A DNA stretch of 63,535 nucleotides, filler included, from Octopus bimaculoides (GCF_001194135.2; 7 parts of 7 records of this genome joined end to end with filler, not necessarily neighbours in it); one strand, 5' to 3'. Counted from the whole stretch's first letter, positions 14,629 to 26,162 are shown. The notes: generated from the letters alone by a model not told the origin. Translations and numbers: made by a program.

Positions 14629-14678
14629 AGTCTCTCATGAAGGGATATCCATAATATCTCAGAAACAGCTGTAAGACT
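14629..14678 (+). ncRNA. Minimal type I hammerhead ribozyme motif with one core mutation (CUCAUGA)
   Basis: agtct-CTCATGA-a-gggata/tatctc (stem II)-a-GAAA-C-AGCT-G-TA-agact. Stem I agtct/agact is perfect, the stem III loop AGCT is palindromic, and the cleavage triplet is GUA. Confidence 0.7.
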
Positions 14679-15086
14679 ATGTCTATATCTCTTTCCATAT
14701 AAATGTCCTGAAAACTCCTCACAGCTTGGCTTTGTTATCTCATTTTGCCTAATATATATATATATANNNNNNNNNNNNNNNNNNNNNNNNNNNNNNNNNN
14801 NNNNNNNNNNNNNNNNNNNNNNNNNNNNNNNNNNNNNNNNNNNNNNNNNNNNNNNNNNNNNNNNNNNNNNNNNNNNNNNNNNNNNNNNNNNNNNNNNNNN
14901 NNNNNNNNNNNNNNNNNNNNNNNNNNNNNNNNNNNNNNNNNNNNNNNNNNNNNNNNNNNNNNNNNNNNNNNNNNNNNNNNNNNNNNNNNNNNNNNNNNNN
15001 NNNNNNNNNNNNNNNNNNNNNNNNNNNNNNNNNNNNNNNNNNNNNNNNNNNNNNNNNNNNNNNNNGAAAATGAAATTACCCCATCT

Positions 15087-15143
<57 letters not shown>

Positions 15144-15608
15144 GTGCGTGTGCGTGTGTGTGTGTGTGCATTTCTGTCTGTGTTTATTCACTCGCCGTCG
15201 CTTCGCAACCAGTGTGAGTGTGTTTACGTTCGATATCAAGCAGTTCGGAAAAAAAAAACATGCAAGAAAAACGATAAAATAAGTACAAGGTTTAAAAGAT
15301 AAGTATTGGCGTCCATTCGTTCGGCTAAAATTTTTCCTAGCGGTGCCTTATCATGACCACACTCTAAAGACTGCAACGAGTAAAAGACAGAAAATAAAAA
15401 ATATCGTACCTATTCCATTCTTTCAGTGTTCTATTTTGTTATAACCAGAAATAACTAACGAAAGTAGCATCGCCTTTTTAGGTCGTTCAGTTTTTTTCAA
15501 CCGAATGAGTAACTCTATCAATAACGAACCTATAATGACTACTGGAAACATATGTAAGTCAAATTTACTCCAATAAAGGAGAAATATATAATGACCATTA
15601 TTTATAGG

Positions 15609-15838
15609 AGGCGGTGGGCTGGCAGAATGGTTAGCACGCCGGGCGAAATACTTAGCGGGTATTTCGCCAGTCGCTACGTTCTGAGTTCAACTTCTGACAA
15701 GGTCGACTTTACCTTTCAACCGTTCGGGGTCGATAAATTAAGTACAAGTGAAACACTGAGGTAGATGTAATTGACTAGCCTCTTCCCCCCCACCCCCCAA
15801 AAATCTCAGGCCTTATGCCTCCAGTAGAAAGGATTGTT
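15609..15838 (+). mobile_element. tRNA-derived SINE (family B)
   Basis: 'ggcggtgggctggcagaatggttagcacgccgggcgaaa...gttctgagttcaac...aggcctt...ccagtagaaaggatt'. Confidence 0.8.
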
Positions 15839-16080
15839 GATAACTTGTCTTGTATATAACTCTGCGTAAAAACCAGTATGACAGGAACACAACCAAGGAT
15901 TTGCAATATACGAGGATGATCAACAATAACCTCGGACTCTGCCAGAAGAATACGCGGTGTTCTTTGCTAATCTAAACAATATTGTTAACCTGGTGTACTA
16001 ATAGACGGCTTCTAAAATAATTTTGCCCGAATTGATAATACATCAATAATAATTCGGTATATATATTTATATATATATAC

Positions 16081-16118
<38 letters not shown>

Positions 16119-16130
16119 ATATACATATAT

Positions 16131-16167
<37 letters not shown>

Positions 16168-16487
16168 NNNNNNNNNNNNNNNNNNNNNNNNNNNNNNNNN
16201 NNNNNNNNNNNNNNNNNNNNNNNNNNNNNNNNNNNNNNNNNNNNNNNNNNNNNNNNNNNNNNNNNNNNNNNNNNNNNNNNNNNNNNNNNNNNNNNNNNNN
16301 NNNNNNNNNNNNNNNNNNNNNNNNNNNNNNNNNNNNNNNNNNNNNNNNNNNNNNNNNNNNNNNNNNNNNNNNNNNNNNNNNNNNNNNNNNNNNNNNNNNN
16401 NNNNNNNNNNNNNNNNNNNNNNNNNNNNNNNNNNNNNNNNNNNNNNNNNNNNNNNNNNNNNNNNNNNNNNATATAGGATATATAGGA

Positions 16488-16629
16488 GAAGCTGTGTGGT
16501 AAGAAGCTAGCTTCTCAACCACATGGTTTCGAGTTCAGGTGCATGACACCGTGGGCAAGTGTCTTCTGCTATAGCCTCAAGCCGACCTTGTGAGTGGATT
16601 TGGTAGACGGAAACTGAAAGAAACCCGTC

Positions 16630-16630
<1 letters not shown>
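16488..16630 (+). mobile_element. tRNA-derived SINE (family A), head portion
   Basis: 'gctgtgtggtaagaagctagcttctcaaccacatggtttcgagttcag...gggcaagtgtcttctgctatagcc...ggaaactgaaagaaacccgtcg' followed by (TA)n. Confidence 0.8.
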
Positions 16631-16670
<40 letters not shown>

Positions 16671-16856
16671 ACGGGTTTCTTTCTGTTATTCTCTGCCTGA
16701 TCCCGGAAACGAACTCACTACGTCATGATTGTGAACCCGACGCTGTAATAACTGATCCATGCGCCTTCGGTACACACACACACACACACACATACACACG
16801 CGCACACACACACACAAACACACACACATACACACACAAACACACACATATACACA

Positions 16857-18131
16857 TATTGGGTCATTCCACAAATAATGTGGTATTTTTCAATTTCATG
16901 AACTAAAAGTCGGAGGGGAACGAGATAAACTACCTGCATTAAGTTGCAAAAAAAGCAGTTGTAATTTACCTTGTACTTATTCTAAGTGCAAATTTCGAAG
17001 AGTGGAATTCGATATTAGCAGTTACTTTTTCAAAGCTATAATGGAAGTGACAGAGGAGCATATTCAGCATATTTTGCTTTATGAGTTCAATAACGGCAAC
17101 AACGCAATGGAAAGTTCGAGAAATATTAATGCAGTATATGGAGATCAAACAATAAGTGTAAGCCAGTGACAACGGTATTTCCAGAAATTCTGAGCCGGAA
17201 ACTACAGCCTAGAAGACGAGCCTCATCCTGGAATGTCTAGAGCTCGACGAGAATGTTCTCTAAACCATGGTGGAACAAAATCCCATCGTAACTGTTGAGG
17301 AACTAGCAGAGAAACTTTGATTTGGTAATTCAACCATTCATCGACACTTGCGTGCTATCTGAAGAGTCAGCAAATTGGGTCAATGGATTCCTCACAAACT
17401 TCCCGAGTCCAGTCGCTGCGCGGAGAGTGTGAATGTGTGCTCTTCTTAGCTGTCACGTCTCACGAATGAAACCTTTTTTGAACCGAATAGTGACTGATGA
17501 CGAGAAATGGGTTCTCTATAAAAATGTCGAGCACCGAAGACAGTGGGTAGGGAAAGGAGAAACAACGGCACCCCAGGCTAAAGAAGGTCTTCACCCACGT
17601 AAGGTGTTATATCTTATGAAAGGTTTAGTCCATTTTGAACTTTTGAATCCAAACCAAACGATGACAAAATAGGTGTACTGCGAACAGCTTAGCGCCTTAA
17701 ATCAGCGCTAGAAGAAAAACGACCATCTTTGGTTTCAAGATGAAAGGTGTTCTTCTATGAGGATAATAATGCTCGACCACATGCAGCGAGGATGACATTC
17801 GAAAGACTGGAGCAGTTTGAATGGGAAACGATGCCCCACCTGCCGTATTCGCAGGCATTGTCCAATGTAATTATCATTTATTCCGCATTTTTCAAAATCA
17901 TTTGACGGAAAAAATATGAATTCTGTAGATGAGGTCAGAACAGTAGTGAAGGAGTGTTTTTCGTCACGAACAAGTGAATTTTTGAAGAGGGTCCTTGCAA
18001 GTCTAGCAGATAGATGGAAGAGGATAGTAGAACAGGAAGGAGAGTATATTTAAGATTATAAAAGAACATTGTTTTTCTTAATTTCGAAAAATATAAATCA
18101 TATAAAAAAACATTATTTATACCATGACCCA

Positions 18132-18133
<2 letters not shown>
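16857..18133 (+). mobile_element. Full-length but decayed mariner transposon (~1.28 kb)
   Basis: Left end 'TAttgggtcattccacaaataatg' and right end 'cattatttataccatgacccaat' form an imperfect TIR pair. Transposase remnant from ATG 17041 (MEVTEEHIQHILLYEF...), IVTDDEKW and DNNARPH motifs, with many stops and frameshifts. Flanked by microsatellites on both sides. Confidence 0.9.
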
Positions 18134-18173
<40 letters not shown>

Positions 18174-18369
18174 NNNNNNNNNNNNNNNNNNNNNNNNNNN
18201 NNNNNNNNNNNNNNNNNNNNNNNNNNNNNNNNNNNNNNNNNNNNNNNNNNNNNNNNNNNNNNNNNNNNNNNNNATATATATATATATATATGCATACATG
18301 CACACATACATACGCACACTTCCGTGCATACATACATACCTGCATACATACATACTTACAGACATACAT

Positions 18370-18607
18370 GATGTGACGTAAAAGACACTCGTCTTGGCGA
18401 CACGAAAATTCGCTCGTGCCTGTGGCACGTTGAAAGCACCCAACATACGCAGTAAAATGGTTGGCGTTAGGAAGAGCATCCAGCCGTAGAAACCAAGCCA
18501 AATCACACTGTAAGCTGATGCAGCTCTCAGACTTGTCAGGTCTGGTCAAAGCGTGCAGCCCATGGCAGCATGAAAAGCGGACGTTAAAAGATGATGATGA
18601 TGATTAT
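18370..18607 (+). mobile_element. RTE-related 3' tail repeat
   Basis: 'ggttggcgttaggaagagcatccagccgtagaaacc...gcatgaaaagcggacgttaaaa' + (GAT)n. The same tail occurs reversed at ~31005-31040 and ~36600-36790. Confidence 0.65.
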
Positions 18608-18610
18608 AAA

Positions 18611-18641
<31 letters not shown>

Positions 18642-18686
18642 AATTGTAAATCCAAAAGAAAAAAATAACAACAAAACTACAAAGGA

Positions 18687-18803
18687 TTCCGCGGTACACG
18701 TGTTTCAAGCTCTACATGTGTATAATATAATATAACATAATATAATATAACATAATATAATATGTGTATAATCTACAATGTAAAGCTATCTTCAGCCGCA
18801 AAA
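18687..18803 (-). ncRNA. Minimal type I hammerhead ribozyme, canonical core, Penelope-associated
   Basis: Minus strand reads ttttgcgg-CTGAAGA-t-agctttacat...(TTATA-repeat loop)...atgtagagct-t-GAAA-C-ACGT-G-TA-ccgcggaa. Stem I is 8 bp (2 GU), stem II is 10 bp, the stem III loop ACGT is palindromic, and the GUA cleavage site falls between 18695 and 18694. Confidence 0.8.
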
Positions 18804-20653
18804 TTATCTCTCTCCCAGGAAATTATACCATCTCGACGTTGAAGTAAGTAGAAATGTGTGATGTAAGAGGTGAAGAACGGGTAATTAAACATAGAAGACC
18901 TTAAAGTATTCATCAATAAACATGTCAACAAGAAAAGCGAAATACGTTATAAGGTTTGGACGTTAAAAGGCAACATTCAAAATACAGAGTAATATAGTAT
19001 ACTAGTGAAAGGGAATATTAGCACCCACAATTAATAATGTAATGACTAAGAAATAAACAATAAAATAAGAACTGAAAAATATTAAAGAATATTAAAACTG
19101 ATAAGAATAAAAATAAAAATAAAAATAAGAGATAAAATGTAAAAAATTAAAAACCTCAATATGAAAAAAATATAAAGGATAATGATAAATTGGTCAAAAT
19201 GTAACCGATAAAACATAAAACATACGACATAAGAAATACAAAGAAATTAACAATAAAAGAATTAAAATTAAAACATNNNNNNNNNNNNNNNNNNNNNNNN
19301 NNNNNNNNNNNNNNNNNNNNNNNNNNNNNNNNNNNNNNNNNNNNNNNNNNNNNNNNNNNNNNNNNNNNNNNNNNNNNNNNNNNNNNNNNNNNNNNNNNNN
19401 NNNNNNNNNNNNNNNNNNNNNNNNNNNNNNNNNNNNNNNNNNNNNNNNNNNNNNNNNNNNNNNNNNNNNNNNNNNNNNNNNNNNNNNNNNNNNNNNNNNN
19501 NNNNNNNNNNNNNNNNNNNNNNNNNNNNNNNAAAGTAAAAATAAACGTAAGAAACAACTTATAAGTAGTATAGATAGTATACACACATATATATACCCAC
19601 ATACATACACATACACACAGTGTTATTTTGTGTTATAACTTCGTATTGCAGTGTCCTTGGATGGTTTCGAGTCAGTGACTGAAGCTAGAACTATAACCAT
19701 AGGTTTGGGATTATGGAACCGGTTTATTGAAAATATTTGTAAACTAAAAATTAAAAATTAAAAATATGTGTAAACTAGAAATTAAAAATATGTTTAAATT
19801 AAGTGGTCATAACCTAGTTCTTCGAGGGTAAACCAAAATACTGATGTATATAGTAAGGTTAGGGGTGGGTACGGGCTATGTTATTTAGGTGTCTGGGTTG
19901 TGGGAGGTAGGAATAGTTAAATATATATATATGAGGTGTAGAAGTGCACATAACTAAAAGGGAGGATTTAAGGGTTATAATATCTAAAGGTTTTCATCAA
20001 TTTATGGATACAGGAGGGTTTGAAATCTGACCTCTTATTAATTAGTTTATTTTTATCAGGAAATTTAATAATTTTCAAAAGTTCAAGGGAGCATAACTGG
20101 CAACCAGTTCTATTATCTTTATATGTGGGGGCCGATCCAACAATAGACCATCTAAGGTTAAAATAACACTGTGTGTATGTGTATGTACGTGGGTATATAT
20201 ATGTGTATACTATCTATACTACTTATAAGTTGTTTTTTACGTTTATTTTTACTTTTATTTTTTATTTTTATTTTTATTTTTATTTTTATTTTTATTTTTA
20301 TTTTTAATTTTATTTTTAATTTTATTTTTAATTTTATTTTTATTTTTATTTTTATTTATATTTATTTTTATTTTTATTTTTATGTTTATACTTTTTTATT
20401 TCTATTTTTACGTTATTTTCATATATATTTTTTTATATATATATTTTGTTTATATATATACTTCACTTTATACTTTTACATTTATTTTATAACCTTTTGC
20501 TTCCGGTGTCGTTATGTTTTAATTTTAATTCTTTTATTGTTAATTTCTTTGTATTTCTTATGTCGTATGTTTTATGTTTTATCGGTTATATTTTGACCAA
20601 TTTATCATTATCCTTTATATTTTTTTCATATTGAGGTTTTTAATTTTTTACAT
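18687..20653 (-). mobile_element. 5'-truncated Penelope-like element with inverted (fold-back) terminal duplication
   Basis: Open fragment 20159-19968 encodes NLRWSIVGSAPTYKDNRTGCQLCSLELLKIIKFPDKNKLINKRSDFKPSCIHKLMKTFRYYNP*, typical of a PLE GIY-YIG C-terminus. Inverted arms at 19137-19629 and 20160-20653; hammerhead at the 3' end. Confidence 0.8.
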
Positions 20654-20753
20654 NNNNNNNNNNNNNNNNNNNNNNNNNNNNNNNNNNNNNNNNNNNNTTA
20701 ATTAATTAANNNNNNNNNNNNNNNNNNNNNNNNNNNNNNNNNNNNNNNNNNNN
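20654..20753. other. Artificial 100-bp scaffold-join spacer (44 N + TTAATTAATTAA + 44 N); identical spacers at 42476-42575, 49235-49334, 54332-54431, 59530-59629, 62133-62232
   Basis: All six have identical length and structure. TTAATTAATTAA is self-complementary and places a TAA stop in all six frames. Confidence 0.95.
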
Positions 20754-21202
20754 TAAAGAAATGAATTAAAATATCTCGGCCAAATGAAAGAGGCTCAGAG
20801 AAAATTGGCGGCGGTGCACCAGCACGGCCGCAGCTTTAAGCTGAAACTATAAACAAACATGATATGAAATTAATGAAACTTGAGTAAATAAGACAAAAAC
20901 TCCATAAAATATTCTCTATAGTTTCTTCCTGATTTGCTGGAACGTATGCACCCATATTGTCAATACACTTTTGCCATTTCAGCGGTACCTGGCAACCTTG
21001 AGTCAATAAAATCTTCGAAGGCCTGTTTTACACCATTGTAGCAATTAATTTTTTTTTTATCAAAAAGGTGTTCTACAATTTATTATTCAAAAAGATTTAG
21101 TTCTACAATTTTCTTTTCAAAAAGATGTCGTTCTATCAATTTTTTTTATTGAATTCTGGGAAAAGTTAGGTTTATAAATCCTAATTTTTACTTCCGTAAT
21201 TG

Positions 21203-21351
21203 CCGCCAGTAAGATGGAACAGTGGTGTTAGTCGTGGGAGGGGCTATGGGGCGCGAGCAGTAGTCGGGGTTCAAATCCCGCTGCTGGAACTCGCGCCCCC
21301 CTTCCCCTTTCACTTCTTTCATCGCCGGACCATTGACCCTGGCGGGTTTTT
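21203..21351 (+). ncRNA. Candidate Pol III-type structured RNA or tRNA-derived element
   Basis: A-box-like TGGAACAGTGG (21215-21225), B-box GGTTCAAATCC (21268-21278), terminal stem ccgccag/ctggcgg, perfect 10-bp stem ggggcgcgag/ctcgcgcccc, then TTTTT at 21347-21351. Confidence 0.45.
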
Positions 21352-21479
21352 ACTTCGCGTTATCATTTTTCCTCCTACTCCAGTCCCCCTCCTACTCCTA
21401 ACCCTCCTAAATACTCCTAATCGAAATGAAAAAAAAAATAAATAAATTTGAACTCTAGTTTCTATGGCTACGAGGTCAA

Positions 21480-21761
21480 ACATCTGCCATCATACGGAAA
21501 AATCCGTAGATGGCCGACAATGACCGGTTATCGAGCGGAAATGGCCGGAAGTGGAGGATCACGGGATCGCTAATAATATCGTCTATTATTTAGTTTAATA
21601 ATATTTGCGATGACGTCCGGACGTTGCTGATTCCATGTATGTATATACCCATGTATATATACTATATATACCCTTTCCCATATGTACACTGTGTATACAC
21701 AACACTTTTGCTACCCAATTGAAGACATTTTCCGTTTCGTCCCCTGAGTCTGAACAATCAG
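21480..21761 (+). promoter_or_regulatory. Putative promoter and non-coding first exon of the ZnF-BEN gene
   Basis: Locally CpG-rich. ETS-type CCGGAAGTG at 21545-21553; YY1-like (A/G)ATGGCC at 21509 and 21540. Strong donor CAG|GTAAGT after 21761. The next exon starts at an acceptor upstream of the ATG, so a 5' UTR exon is required. Confidence 0.45.
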
Positions 21762-22074
21762 GTAAGTAAACAACTTGTTTACATTATATATACACACAGC
21801 TTGTCGACATTACATACATTTTATGCGTTATATGTACATGAATAAACAGATGTAGCAACTATGCGTTTATATTTACATTTGTTCGACTATACACATTATA
21901 TACACCTCTCAACCCATATCTATCTGTATACATTGACAGTACGCATCGTGTATAAATGTTCATATACAAATGTGTGCACGTTTTGTGGAGTCACGCTGGT
22001 GCGAAATTGCAATTATATCTGTGGAAGTGTGTAGATGAATTGTCATTGCCATTATATATGCGAGTGTGTATATA

Positions 22075-22166
22075 GATATACTGCGAGTGTGTATATAGAT
22101 ATATAGCGAGTGTGTATATCTATATACACACTCGCTATATATCTATATACACACTCGCAGTATATA
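22075..22166. repeat. ~90-bp perfect palindrome built from a short tandem unit
   Basis: Arms of ~44 bp (…ctgcgagtgtgtatatagatatatagcgagtgtgtatat / atatacacactcgctatatatctatatacacactcgcag…) separated by a 2-nt spacer. Confidence 0.9.
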
Positions 22167-23194
22167 GATATACACACACACACCGTAGGTTTGAATCTCA
22201 TTATCGTTCTCTGCTCTGGGTTTCTCCATAAATATACATACATGAAAGACACACAAACATATGGACGATGATTCAAGGGTCTGTATAATAAATATCTGTA
22301 TATACACTATATATATAGGTTATTACATATATAGGTTATTACATATATATTTTTTTTCTTGCCATGCTATACATACATGATACACGCGCGCACACCCTCC
22401 TATAATTCATTAATGATAAAATATGTCTGAGGTTTCATCTTCCCGCTTATATATACGCGCGTTCAGGTGTATATATAACAAAACTTACTCACAGACACAT
22501 ATATATGTATATATATGTATATATATTTGCATTATGTAATTAGACAAATTTTATGTTCGCGTGTGCATTAATTGTACTAATATATTTATATCTATGCAAT
22601 GTTTATTTTGGATACATTCACGTATATTCCTATGAGTTAGTGTAAAGATGCGTAGTGTATACGTTGATTTGTATATACACAGGTGCGCGTGTGTATTTTT
22701 TAAATGTATTATTTAGTATATATATGTCTACACACACCTAGCATATATTATAGAGGAATGACTGCTGTGGCTAAACTAGAGATTGGTCTCGTCTTTGTTT
22801 CCTCAGGCTTTGGTCAACCCAAAGCCAAGACGTCCTGCAGTGGGACTGAACCCAAGACCACATGTTTGGGAAGCAAGCTTCTTACCACACAGCCACGCCT
22901 GCACCTCTCTCTCTCTCATTCTTTCTTTCTGGTGACAGTCCATATGCGAGGTGTTTCAAGCTAGCATCCATCAGCATTATTACTCTGTCTCCTCTGCTGT
23001 CCCGTTTGGTGTGGTCATCGAGCTGCTGCTATCGCTGCGGTCATCGATGACCAATCTCTTTTCATGTTACGTCCAACCATATCTCCGTGTATTCTTCTGT
23101 CGATCGTGGAAGGAATCTCTCACTATTTCTTCCTCATCATTGTGAATAGAAAGGGTTTGGACGTCTGTTGCTTTTTGGCTAGATATGTGTGTGC

Positions 23195-23236
<42 letters not shown>

Positions 23237-23753
23237 CGCTGTGTACATTCTTTATTAAGATCTCATACTTATTCCATCTGTCTCTCGGTAGACGTTAACA
23301 AATCAACACCGTTTGTCGAGTAGTAGTAGACACACGCGATAGGCTTCTTTCAGTTTCCAGTTACACGGCTTTGGTTGGTCCAGGTCTGTAGCAGAAGACA
23401 CTTGCCTAAGGTGTCACGAAGTGGGACTGAACCCAAGACTATGTTTCAGTCTTCGAACCGCGGCCATGCTGGGGCACCACCTTGAAGGAGTTCTTTTTTG
23501 TCGAATCGACTCCAGTATTTATTCTATCGGTGTCTTTTACTGAACCGCTATGTTACAGGCATATAGACACACACACACACACATATGCGTGAATATGCCT
23601 TATGTGATGTGTCTATATATATATGTGTGTGTGTATATAATCATCGTTTAAAGCATGGAATGCGGACGTTAAACTTGTAGTTACTCTTTTTTTCCCCTCT
23701 CTCTTTTCAGATATCCAGACTTTGAGTGAAGAATTCGTCATTTCCAGCCAGCA

Positions 23754-25610
23754 ATGCAGGAGTCTTTTACTCCGAACTTATTACCACCAGAATCGGTCGT
23801 CTGCGTCCTATCAGACGACAGCAACTACAGCAAATGTTTCTACTGCCAGGAAAGATTCGGCAACACGGCCGAACAGATTTGGCCAAACCCAAACACAAAA
23901 CCATTCCAGTGTCATGAGTGCGACATCAAATTCTACAAACTTGACCACTTTGTCGATCATTTCACTACCCACAAAGTTCATGGCGAAGCCAGGCAGCCGT
24001 TCTTGTGCCCCACCTGTAACAAAGGGTTTGAAAATATCATTGCATTTTCACAGCACGTCACATCCCACATGGAAGGTAAACTGTACGCCTGCCCTCACTG
24101 CGATGAGTCGTTTGAGTTTGAGAGCAACCTGATAGGTCACCAGGTCTTACACAACAAGAAGATTGACAGTTTGATGAAGTGCGAGTCATGTGAGGCACTC
24201 TTTCCAATTGAGAACTTTGTCGCTGACCGGTTGAATTCCAAGGAGTTGTACAGCTGTGAGATCTGTTTACTGGACAACTTCTCTGACCTGCTGGAGTTGT
24301 GTTTGCACCGAGCAGTGCTTCATCCAAGCTATACGTACAGGTGTGCGCAGTGCAGAAAAATCAGCGTTAGCTCTCAGAAGCAGAATTCTGGGGGAAATGG
24401 CGGGACCCTGTGTGAAGGGGACGTCGAGAGCCTATGCAATGGGGAAGACAACGGCGAGGTTAAGAACTCAGAGGAGCCGGGTGACTTGAGTGACAATGAA
24501 AACCTTTCACAAGCATTGAGCATTCTCGGTCAGCAGGCAGGCCACGAAAACGGGCGAGGTGCCATGCTGGACTTGGGTGTCGTCTGTGAGACCACCACTA
24601 GTCATGTTAATAAAAATAACAAGAAGAAAAGAAAGCCCTCCGTTGGTAGTAGCAGTAACACTACTGCTGCTACTGTCATCACCAATAACAATGGTGGTGG
24701 TGGTGGTGGTCATGTGGAGAGTCGTATAACGACAACAGTTGTTGATAAAGTTCTTGAAGAAGATGATGACGACGACGACGATGAAAATAACGACAATCAT
24801 AATGACGACAACAGCAACATCATTGGTTGTGGGTCCCCAGAGGACGTGAAACCAAACCTTGTTGAACTGAATAAGGACCTGGAGATTTATGCAACCAACA
24901 ACGGCAGCAGCAACAACAGTGTTGCAGCTACTTGCATGGATATTGTGCAACACTTCAGTGCATCGGACAAAGTTAACGGTGATGGCTTAATGTCGCCGGG
25001 GTCGGGTGGAGGTGAGCTGGACGGCTGCGTGACGGTGAATATGAACCTAGGGGGCAGCATTAGTAGTATTGTGGAAATGAATCAATTCTCTGAGTTGTTT
25101 GGGGGGCAATCGAGTGAAGACAAGGCAACCCGGGGGTCGTCAAACAACAACAACAACAACACCACCAGCATCATCAGCAGCATCAACTCGTCTTCTGTTT
25201 CCTCCTCCTCCTCCTCCTCCATCATCACTATCGCCACTGGACACAACCACACATCAAACGAACGGCAGTCAGGGTCAGGTGTCTACAGGAAAAAATCTAC
25301 CCTCGGCAACCCTGGTGCAACTCTGGCATCGGCAAAAGGCGTGGCGACCAAGCGCAATGCCAGCACGCTTCCTCACATCATGGATGGTCCACTGCACAAC
25401 CCAATGTATACAACAGACTCGCAGCAGCAGCAGTCGTCTGTGGTGGATGGAACCGAAGACAACCGTCCTTTTCCTGTACTCTGTATGAGAGTACCACCCA
25501 CGGTCAGCAATGACCAGTCGTCAGAGCTTGGGTCCAGTATATTGGTCAGTGACAGCCAGTGTACATATAAGATTGGTTCCATGGCAACAGAGTCCAGATC
25601 TGTCAATAAG
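23754..25610 (+). CDS. C2H2 zinc-finger / coiled-coil / BEN-like domain protein, coding exon 1 (619 codons)
   Basis: Acceptor ttttcag|23711; in-frame TGA at 23727 upstream of ATG 23754. Fingers FQCHECDIKFYKLDHFVDHFTTH, FLCPTCNKGFENIIAFSQHVTSH, YACPHCDESFEFESNLIGHQVLH, YSCEICLLDNFSDLLELCLHRAVLH, then N/S/D/G low complexity. Donor AAG|GTATGT, phase 0. Confidence 0.9.
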
Positions 25611-25864
25611 GTATGTATGAAGTACACACACTCTGATTCTCTCACACATACACCATCCTCATCATTTAACGTCTGTTCTCTATGCTAGCATGGGTTCGAT
25701 GATTTGCGCGTGTGAATATATATGTGTGTGCGGTACTGTGTATATATATACACACACACACTTGTTTGTATGTGTGCGTGTACTTGCATATGTGTACCTA
25801 TTTCCATTTGTGTAATGTTCTCAGGATGTGGGTCTCTAAACTGAACCTGTTAATATCCTTACAG

Positions 25865-26162
25865 AATTCCTCAAGGTCTTCAGGGCCCAGTTCCGAGAAG
25901 CGGTCGCGCACCTCTGCAAGATTGTCGTCCAACAGTCACCATGACTACCAGCTGGTTTCCAGCACTGCTGGTAACCCCACCTACACATCAGTGCGGAACG
26001 GGCGTGGCCCAGCATCAGCAAGCACACAACGCCGGTGCCACGAGTGTGACATTTGGAAGAAGATGACAACGGAGACAGTGAGTCGGTTGGCGACGAAGGA
26101 GGCTGACTGCGAGATGCACGTCAACCGTATCCTACAGCTGGAGCAACAGCTGAAGGAATCAG
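25865..26162 (+). CDS. ZnF-BEN protein, coding exon 2
   Basis: Acceptor ccttacag|, open in phase 0 (NSSRSSGPSS...RILQLEQQLKES), donor G|GTGAGT, phase 1. Confidence 0.85.

Noticed and set aside
20698-20709. TTAATTAATTAA as a biological palindrome or homeodomain site
   Set aside because: Always centred in exactly 44+44 N, so it is an assembly linker.
21206-21287. Bona fide tRNA gene
   Set aside because: It has A/B boxes and a partial acceptor-like pairing, but the T stem is only 4 bp and no canonical D or anticodon arm could be drawn.
25611-25688. C-terminal 25 aa of the 644-aa ORF (VCMKYTHSDS...)
   Set aside because: Lies after a good donor (AAG|GTATGT) whose phase matches the next exon, so it is most likely intron read-through.
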